64,000 bases of DNA from Selaginella moellendorffii (taxonomy: Eukaryota; Plantae; Lycopodiophyta). A program made the position numbers and the translations under genes. Location: positions 1,227,674 to 1,291,673 of the forward strand of contig NW_003314261.1 in the NCBI RefSeq assembly GCF_000143415.4, given 5' to 3'. The notes under the pieces were generated by a model, which did not search any database, had not been told where the DNA came from, and saw only the letters and a list, made by a program, of their open reading frames with translations. Each line of letters starts with the position of its first letter. The stretch's first letter is position 1. Below are positions 51,492-61,400 of this stretch, one piece after another.

Positions 51492-52776
51492 ATGTGGCAA
51501 ATGCTGCGTGAAGAAAGATGCCCTTTCTGGGCAAATGCTGTAAGAGGCAGATGCCGAGCAGATGTATCTCAGGCTAGCGAAGGGGACAAATGAAAGCTAG
51601 CTATAAACATGACGGGATGCAAATAGATTACTAGGCTAGTCCTGCGAAAATCAAAAACCATAATTGAAAATATTGAAAATGCAAAAAGAAAGGTTTATAA
51701 TATTTTTGAATTTTAAGCAACCAAAGGAATAGGGCATGTGTTTGTAAGTTTAAAAATGCCTCAACCACTTAAATTCCCAAGTAAATAAAGCTGTTTCTAT
51801 TTTTGGTACAGGTAAACTTTATAGCGTGTGGGCTCATGCAATTTTGAACCCAAAAATGCACCAAAAAATGCTCGACTAGCATTATTCTTTGAATGGCATG
51901 TGGCCTTATATTGCCATAAATGGACGTACACACACAACATAATTATTCCTTTACACGGCGAATAATCTTGGCGCGGATCGATGACATGGCATGGCAAAGT
52001 TCGAATCACTGACATGGCACAGCTGGATCGAGGCAAGGACATGATGTGACAAAGTTCAACCTCCGACAGCAAAGTCTAGAAGCTACTCAGTTTGAAATTT
52101 GTCAGAGGAATCATAAGATCTGGTTTGTCAGAGGATTTGATGTGACGTTCAAGCGTGTGTTATTTTTGAATTCTCGAACTCATTCCTAGGTCTATCATTT
52201 TTGTGCGCCGTGTTCTTGGTTCCGCTGAGCGCAGTGAGCGCTGCTTGTGTAAGCGGCGTTGTGAGCTGTGGTTTATGTGTCTACAAGCAGTTGCGGCATT
52301 GCAAGCGCCATTACGAGCGGCAGTTTATGCGAGTGGCAGTTTGTGCGAGCGGCGCTACGAGTAGTTGCGGTGTTGCGAGTGGCACGAGTAGTTGCGGTGT
52401 TGCAAGCAGCACTATCTTTGGTGTGGCTACCGCTTCCTCTTGATATTCGGCACTTGTGCTTCCTGGTATGTTCACCATGGAATGGCTTAGGACCACATTT
52501 AGAAATGGCATGAGGCCACATGCCATCTTGGGCCCTTGCAATTTCATGGCTAGCGTATTGTCATGTATGTTTTTACTTGCCTGCAGCTATGTGTATATCA
52601 AGATGGCATGAGGCCTCATGCCAATTTTGTGAATGCGAAATTTCACGTGGGTGTCAATAGCATATTTGAATAATGGCATGTGGCCTCATGCTATTGAGGT
52701 TGTTTGGTATGTTATGATTTAGGCCATTCTCCAATCATTTTTTGTATGGTCTTAACTTCTTTTCTGCACTTTCAGA

Positions 52777-55700
52777 ATGGCCTTCAGGGTTGGGGAAAAG
52801 GTTTACATTTTGAATGGTGGGAAGAGAGTTGCAAAAGGGACCCTTGTGTCTATGGGTCGGAACTTTGTTATACACTGTCAAAGGCTTGGGGAAGGCAATG
52901 CTGCTATATCAGTAGAGACTGCCTTCGATGGGAATGTGGTCGCTATTGAACGAGGAAAGATGGTCGTCGGGGTAAATGTTGTTGTTGCCTTGAAAAATCT
53001 TCAGAAGAAAGCAGATGTTGGGGACAGCGCAAGTGCGATGCATGTTCCCTCCGTGGATCTTAAGAACCGTGCTACATGGATTCAGGCAAAGGTGTTTCTA
53101 AACAACCCCGAGGGGGAGGTGGTAGCTGAGGGCTTAGCCACAGTTGTCGATCCAAGAGATGCGGTTGCTAATCAAGAATTGGGCTGGGATGATATTGGAG
53201 TTGCGATTTTAGAGGTTGTTGACACAGAAGAAAACAGTCTGACTATTGGAAGCATTGTGCGGTGGAAATTGAGGCATTTAGTGTTTGAGAATGTGAAGGA
53301 TTCACAATCAAACACCACTACAACTGATGACAGAACATCTCTTCATGGGAAAAGAAAGTACACCTTCCTAAAGCGCAGCCAAAGGGATCTGAGCAACGAA
53401 CCGAAAAGTCAGAAAATGGCGATGGAGGTTCGAATGGTCTCAACAGTTGCTTGTTGCAAGAGGAGGTGCTGTCAACATGCTGATTGGGATGCAATTGAAG
53501 AGGAGAGAGCAAGATACAAGACATTGTCCTAGAAGGCAGCTCGCAATTTTGTGTATGAGGCATTACGGTCATCTGTTGATGCTTCAGAACATCAGGTGGG
53601 GGGCATAGTCTTCCAGAGGGGTTTGGTCTGCATGAAGGCATGGAGAATCATTTATGGAGTCCCTCGAAGCACATTCTACAGAATCAAAATTGAGTTCAAG
53701 GAACAAAGGGTTCAACAGGCAGTCCATGGGAACAACGGTACGCACAAAACCAGGGGTCATGTTGTATATGGAGAGGCAATCTTCAAGAGGTTTGTCGAGA
53801 CATGTAGCGAGCAGCAACCACATAAAACCCGCCTCTTGGAAGATGGAACACGAGACACCCAACGAGTTCTCCCTTCCATGTACACCAAGGGGGCCATATT
53901 GGAAGATGTGAATCGGGAACTCCAGAGTAATGGCTACAGGAAGCTGAGCCAATCTAGATTTAGTAGATTGTGGAGCAACAGGTTCAGGGATGTGAGTATA
54001 GGAAAGTACTCCAGCTTTTCAAAGTGTGACGAGTGCACTGCTATCAAAATGGCTTTGTCGAAGAATTCTTGCAGCGCTCAAGAGCGAGAGACGTTGGTTA
54101 GAAGGCGACTCGACCACAACATCGAGCAGAGAAGCTGCAGGACTGTATATTATCATAACAGGATTCTCTCCATGGAGAGACCTGACTCTTACCTCTGCAT
54201 CATCCACGACAAAATGGACCAGAAAAAGACGTGCTTACCTCGACTCAATCCTGCCCCCAAGGCAATCTCTTCATCCATGCAGCTGCCTGTGTCTCTGTTT
54301 GGCATAATCGCTCATGGGCATGGTGCTCAGAACTATGGGAACTTCTTTGTACCTCTATGGGGTGGCGGGGGTGCAAACATGATGATTGCGTCCCTAGCAA
54401 AACACTTAAGGTCTCTGCAAAGTGCGCAGACTGAGCTGAATGGCCAACCCTTGCATAAGGCCCTTGTCGATCGAACCCCATACAGGGTTCAGCTAGAGGA
54501 GGAGCAAAGGCTTGCAGTATCGCGTGGGGCCCCATGCCATCCCAGTGAATATGTTGGCTGTCAGATTGTAGGGTTATCACGTGAGGCCTCATGCCATTCC
54601 GATGAGGCTGGTCGCCCGGTGAATGCACAGCCTCATCCAAACGAAGCAGAATCTCAAGGAAGTTCTTGCGGCCGATGTGGCCTTCCACCCCATCTTCTGC
54701 TCCAAACAGACAATGCTGGCAATGAGAACAAAAACATGTACGTCTTTGCGTACTTGGCGATGCTTGTTGCCAAAGGCATATTTGAAACGGTTACACTTGG
54801 CTTTCTCATGGTTGGGCACACTCATGAAGATATCGATGCCATGTTCAGTCACCTGGCAGAGTCCCTCCGGCGATCCAATGTCCTCACCCTCCCACAACTC
54901 TACGATGAATTCCAAAATTGCATCAAAGGCACTGTTGAAGCTGCACTTGTGACAGAGGTTCCAGACTTTAAGGGGTTTGTAAAAGGCTACATCAGGGACA
55001 GATCCGAAATGCTAATTGGCCACTCCAAGCCTCTTCAGTTTCATTTCAGCATGCGTGACGGTGCTCTAGTGATGAGGTACAAGATGAGAGAATAGGACAC
55101 AGTGTGGCTGCCAGTGGACGGCATTGAACTCTTCAAGAGTGATCCCATAACTGGGGAACCTATGATTCCACAGGGTTCCCCACGGCCGATGCACCCGGAT
55201 GGACTCAAAGACTAGGAAAGTATAGTGGCCGGGATTAGACAGCATATTGCCTTCTGGAAGAGGGGGTTGGTGTTTGGTGGAGAATCCTATTTTAAGAGGT
55301 GCAAGCCTTTGCTCGAATACTAGGAGAAGATTATATCTGCTATCCAAAATGGGCCGGTTGTATATGAAGAATTGGAAGAGTCCTTTTGGCCAGAACCCAG
55401 AGCACCAGATAGTAGCGGAACAATGTCCTCTGGAAATGCAGTGACAGATAAAGATGTTGAGGATCACTATTGTGGGCCGAGGAACAAGAAGCTGGATTCA
55501 GCATTCAATCTAGTACAGGTCTGCAAAGGAATGGTCATGCTTGTCAGACCCAGTAATAAAAAACAAATGATATGGGTGGGGCACTGCATCACTGATGCAG
55601 AGGAGGACGCGGAAACTAACTCCTTCAATGTAACTGTGGAGTGGTTCAAGCCAAGTTCCGGATATACGAAGGATTGCCTAGAAAAGAGATGGGTGCTGAA

Positions 55701-55845
55701 TCCAAGGGATCCCAGCATGAGCATATCGGTGGATAATGTTGTGCATGGTTGGATGCGGAAGCAGAGTGCCACCATCACCTTGCCAGACCATGCAAGAGAT
55801 GCAGCAAGAGCATTCATAACCCAGGTTCAAGGTGAGATTCATTAA
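52777..55845 (+). pseudogene. Sola-like DDE/D transposase (~1020 aa) with 4 in-frame TAG stops
   Basis: ORFs 52777-53532, 53551-55095 and 55372-55845 share one frame (stops at 53530, 55093, 55213, 55321). Motifs: FSKCDEC, IIHDKMDQ, GANM, LLLQTDNAGNENKN, FLMVGHTHEDIDAMFS. 5' UTR intron ~52466-52775. The element's 4-bp TSD is consistent with Sola. Confidence 0.82.
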
Positions 55846-58489
55846 TATTCCTTTACTAAGTTTTTAATGTATTTTATTTCAAGGTGAACAATCCAAATCT
55901 GAATCAGAGGAGGTGTGATGGCATGTGGCCTTACGCCATTCCTAGGTGAGATGATACAAATAACAAGTATAAATTCTTAGTTATTCTAGCAAATCTTACT
56001 TAAAGTTCAAGGTGAATAAGCTGAATATGAATTCATCGGATTGTTATAACAAATTGCGAGGTGATGGCATGAGGTGATACGCCATTTGAGAGTGGTAGCC
56101 ATTCCTATATGAGGTGAGTGAAATATTTATTAGAAATACCTCATTCAATTGTGCACTTCTAAGTCTTGGTCCACTCAGTACTGTTTGCATGTTTCTATTT
56201 TAATTCTTTCTCTAAAATGTTATTTAGCATGTGGCTTCATGCCATTGCTCTCCACAATCATGCATTGAATTTTTCTATCCTTGCATAATACTTCTCCATA
56301 TATATAGCATGTGCGCACATGTGATATGGTTCATTAGGCCTGATATAGTGTGTGAGGTAAAACAAAGATGATGTGATATATGCATTTACCAATCACACGT
56401 GCATAAATCTAATAATATGGCGTGTGGCCCATATTAATGGCACATAAACCCATATTGTGGGCTTATGTGCTTTATGTACCATCATTCCCTTGCAGTGTGT
56501 GTGTTGGTTTCCTTTTATAACACAACGAACTCCATATTTTAGGGTGAAGAGCATTCTCATGGCAAGCACAAAATCTGTAAGTGAGGCAGAAAAGGAGACG
56601 GAGAAGGAGATAGGTGAAGATGTAGAATATATAAGTCTTCCAAACTCCCCGTACTATACTTCAGGTGATCATTTTTCTAAACAAACGGCAACATTAACAA
56701 CTATCAAGAACGCCCCAGTAACGTCAGAGACAACAATCCAAAGCAAAACAACTGACCCGGAGAAGGATGATAGTACCGCTGAGAGTACCAAAAAGGAGGT
56801 GTCCACTAGCGCTTAGGCTTATAATGGCGTGTGCCCTCATGCCATTTACTTGATCACCAAATACCTTTTTCCCTTTGCACTAGTATATCTTAATACCGGT
56901 CTGAGAAATAAAATGGCATGTGCCCTCAGGCCTTTTACTAAATCACCTTTGAAAGAAATGCAAGCCTCTATGTCGTAAAAAAAAGGTACTATAGAAATTC
57001 TTTAATAATATGAATGTTATTTAGTTTCATGAAAATACACTAAGGGTCAAATGAGTTAAATGACTTCTCCAAACTAGCAATGCCTCTTGCTACACCTTCA
57101 CAATTAGATTCGTTAGAAAAAGATAACATTGAATAATATCTAAATGTTCTCACCATTAAGTTATATGTCTGGCTAATAGGAATGACGTTCATCTTGGAAA
57201 ACTCACCACACGCTCAATGAACAAACAAATAGTGTGTGCGCGCATGCCATCGCTCTTCTTTAGCTTCAGATTCAGCTTGTTCACCTTGACAATGAGATTT
57301 ATTATACAACCAGATGGACTCAGTCTGGACACAAAGTCACCGCGCTAGTCACCATGCCCCAGATATGTCTAGCCCCTGGACAAAAAACATATAATTTCAC
57401 GTCATTTTCAAATACTTGAAAATTTGTATCTAGTCCCATTTTACTGAATAAATCCCACTTTAACAAAATAGAGCTTTCTTTCTCTTGACTATTATTTCAA
57501 AAGTAACAAGAGCATTTTTATCAATAGTGACAGTGGTTTTCACGTTCTTGAATGAATAATGAGTAATATGGACCAAGAGTGTAATATGAAGATTGTGGTA
57601 ATGAAACAAAATTAATATTTTTACATTTTTCTATGCTAGAATTACTCATAAATTTTTTGTCTTCCTTGCTTCTCATCTTTGTAAAACCCTATAAAATGAA
57701 TAAGTGAGTCAGTGTTTTGAATTATTTATATATTTCTAGCAATTGTCTAAATGTCAAAATGTTGAAATATACAATAAAAATTTCAGGTTTATATGAACTT
57801 TAATATTCCCATTTTTATTTAAGCCCAAAAAATCTCTTTATAACAAAATCATTATGAATGTAGAAAATAACAATTCTATAGGTTCAAATGAACTTCTAAT
57901 TCTAGAACTACTCAATCAGTATTTTATTGTATAACTCACATTATAAATTAGAAGTTTTCTCTATAAATATATTAAAGAATTAGAAATTTCTCTGAACTAT
58001 TGACAATTAAATTTATGAATTTCAAGTTCACCAAATAATAATATTTTTCTAATATGACATTTTCTTATAAGACTTATGGTTAACTATATTCACTAGCATT
58101 GACTTGAGCTGAATTTAGCTCAACTCAAGTTTGGACCATCCCCCATGGCATTTGGTTCAAGTCCTACTTTTGCTACTAATCCTCATGTCTAGCCAGATTT
58201 CTTCCATGGATATTCTAGGGATGATTTGTACCATTAGTTTGATCACTTTAAGATGATTGCTATTTAACATTATGAGGATGATACCTAGTGCCTATATGAG
58301 TTTCTCACATATCTTTAAGAGATAAATTTAATGGTAATTCATTTATACCACCACATGTATTATAGTGATATAATAGTTTAAGTGTGTCTATGGTTGAAAT
58401 GAAATTACTAGAATATCATCATTGCTAAGGGTCATTTGAGTTAGTCATACAATTTAGCATTTGTTTTCAAACCCTATTGCATGTTCTAG

Positions 58490-61400
58490 TGTTAGGGCGT
58501 GGCCACTGAGAGAGTGAGAGAGAGAGAGGGAATATTCTAGTCCTCAGAATATTCCCCACCTTCCTTGTATAAAACCCTTGTCCCACAAGGGCAAAAGGGG
58601 AGGGGTGGCATTTTTGTGAAGAGCATTGAAGCATTTCTTGTGTTTGAGCGAGTGTTGGGGGAGGCGCCCCTCCTTCTTCCAACAAATGGTGAACCCAATA
58701 TGATGCATAGCACTTTCAGAGGTGTCATTTCTCTCTTTTTCTTTTGGCCGTAGACTTTGGGAACCAATTTCTCATTCGTCTTGTAGTGGTTTTATTGGAT
58801 CTTAGGCTTGTTGGATAGGTCTGGAGCTCCTCTTTCCAGCAAGGTATGGTGCTCATCAAACCATGTAGTATTTGAAGAGATATAATATTTCTTGTCTTGG
58901 TCGGATGAACATTCTGGGGTTTTCACTTTCTCGCTTGGATCCTCGGCCAAATTTCTCAAAGTAGTGCATTTGACCTTGTAGATTTGGCCTAGATCTACGA
59001 GTAGTGGTGATTTTCGGCGCTAGATTTGGCCAAATTGGTGGCATGCAAAAGGATTTTTTTCTCTGGCTAAATTGGGTCATCTTTGTAGTAGAAATTCATG
59101 CTTTTCCGGGCCTTTTTTTGGATGCCATTTGTTTCTAGAGGTGCTCTTGGTCCTGGGCTTTCCAAAAATACCAATGGCACCTTAATATCAATTTACATTA
59201 GTGACATGCATATGTTTTTCCACAATATTGGCATTCTAGGGTACCTCTACTTGGATTTTAGGGAATATTGAGGCGGCTTCTTCCCAAATTCCTATGATAG
59301 AGAGTGGACAGGGCTAAGCCCTTTCCAACGAGCCCACCAATGGTCAAAATGGGGAAGGATCGAGACCAAAAGACTCATTTTTCTCTTTTGGGTTAAACTT
59401 TGTTGGGAGTTCCTTGGGAACGAAGCAATATTCAAGAAATAAGTAGGTGTAGGAATGAGAACAGGAGGAACATGAATAGGAGTTGGCGTAGGAACAAGGA
59501 CAGTAGGAGAAGGCGTAGGGACAGGAGTTGGTGTTGGAGCAGGCGCAAGAGTAGGAGCGAGAGCAGGAGGTTACCGGTTATAGGTTATACATCCCCGGTT
59601 ATTGGTTATTAATTACCGGTTACCAGCTACTCTAATGGCTACCTTGGCACTTACCCTATGGGTCAATGGTTATGTGTGCTTGAGGCCTACATCTCCTTCC
59701 ATTTTCACCCCTATTTCTCTGTGTCACAGGCATTTGGGCAACTTTGAGCAACTTGAGCATTAACCTATAGTCTTTTTGCTCCTGTCAACCCAGTTGCCTT
59801 GACAGAGAATTTGTAGTGTTCAGGGTATTTGATGCCGGTACAAACCAGGCGTATGACAAATTGGCACCCTTTTACCATATCTCAAGGCCCTAAGATACGG
59901 AGTAAACTTTCTAACATCCAAAGGTAGCTTAGGTACAACATTGCACCTTCTTGGGCCAAGTCCTCTTCATCCTCAACAAATTTTAGTGACTTAGATCTAC
60001 GAGCTATGGTGCAGCCACCTTTAGCTCGACCTTAGCTCCATGTTTTGCAGAGAGAGAGTGATCTACCAACCTTCTCAGGTGTTGGAACAGTCTCTCCAGC
60101 ATTGCATATTAGTCACTTTGATTACTACTACACCACAAACATGATTGTTGATGATGATTGTATGTGCTGCGACTTCTTGTAGTTTCTTGAAGGCAAATCA
60201 GCAACTTGGGCAGATTCTCTCCTCCCAGAGGACTAAACAGACTTCCAAACACTACTTGCTTCTTTTAGAGAACGCTTCGTTGAAGAAAAACCCACAAATT
60301 GGCTACATGTCGACCTCTTTTTGTTCTAGCAGGGTGCCCATGAGTCTGTTCTTGACTACATCACCTAGTTTCAAGCATACTGGAATTAGTGTTGGGATCG
60401 CAAAGTCGTCCAAGATGAGCAACATGGGATCACAGCATTCACAGTGGGTTTGTGTGGGAACTTGCAGCGGAAACTTCTTAAAAAGACATTCAGGTCTTGC
60501 CATGAGGCATTTTCATTTGCCATGAAGCTAGAAAGAGAGCTTCTTGTCGACCTGGGGATTGCTAGAGTTGATTTTGACCAAGCCATCACCTCGCCAGAGT
60601 CACCTTATGTAGCTGTTCACTTGTCCATAACAACACAACAAAGCCCATCGCTATTGAGCATACACCTTCGGCTATTGAGAACTTTGCCAACGAGATGCAG
60701 CAGCTGAAGGAGATCATTCTTTAGCAACAATCACACCATGACAAACTGCTCTAGGAGCTAGTGGAGTCCAGGAAAGAGGCTGCTACAGCTCGGGAACGCA
60801 AATTTAAATCCCGTTGGTGCACTCACTGCGAGTTGAACACGCAGTGCTGCTTCAAGCTTCACCCAGAGCTTCAGCCTCCACCTTCTCAACGTGTCCAACA
60901 ACATCCCTTTGCTGATAATTCAGCATTGTCTTAGGGTCTAGAGACATATCAGGAGCAGTTGAAGCAATAAGCAATTGAGGCAGCCCCTTCGTCAAGCAAA
61001 GGCAAGGCACCCGCTTCATCCGTCAACATGATTTTGGAAGTCAAGGAACTCTATAGGCAACAGCAGCAAACCGTAGTCACTCGAGCCCAAATGAAGAAGA
61101 AGGCACTTGCTTAGCCCGGCATCGATCCCTTGCCGTCAGTTGAAAGTGAATCTCTATTGGCACCAAATCCAGTGACACAAAGGGTAACCTCCTGAGTTTG
61201 GACTTCCCTCACGGTCCCTCGTGAAGAAAACTTTTGGGCTTTCCCTTTCACTTTCCGACTCCATTTATTGATGCAATTGTGGATGAGATGGCTAGACACC
61301 GTTACTACTCTTTTATGGATGGCTTTTTAGGGTACAACCAGATCTTCATTCATCCCGATCATCGAGATCTCATGGCCTTCCGGACACCTTGGGGAGTCTT

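Larger units (their letters stand above)
44489..57250. promoter_or_regulatory. Dispersed 22-bp palindromic sites, consensus ATGGCRTGWGGCCWCAYGCCAT (>20 copies)
   Basis: Copies near 44780, 45857, 45932, 47164, 47355, 47496, 50056, 50116, 50193, 50970, 51893, 52505, 52603, 52673, 54519, 54576, 55918, 56064, 56224, 56824, 56913 and 57229, plus more degenerate ones. A regulatory function is inferred, not shown. Confidence 0.85.
44394..57476. mobile_element. 13.1-kb TIR DNA transposon, Sola-like, carrying a transposase and a large accessory gene
   Basis: 24-bp TIRs aagctctatttcgttaaagtggga (44394-44417) and tcccactttaacaaaatagagctt (57453-57476), 1 mismatch; 4-bp TSD TCTT. The flanks rejoin into a repeat whose uninterrupted homologue lies inverted at ~33360-34150. 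Confidence 0.92.

Noticed and set aside
56457-56816. Possible third small gene in the Sola-like element (MASTKSVSEAEKE...)
   Set aside because: Short, low-complexity, with no motif or clear splice continuation; cannot be supported.
44489-57250. Palindromic repeats as a CRISPR array
   Set aside because: Spacing is irregular (tens of bp to kb), there are no unique fixed-length spacers or cas genes, and the context is eukaryotic with spliceosomal introns.
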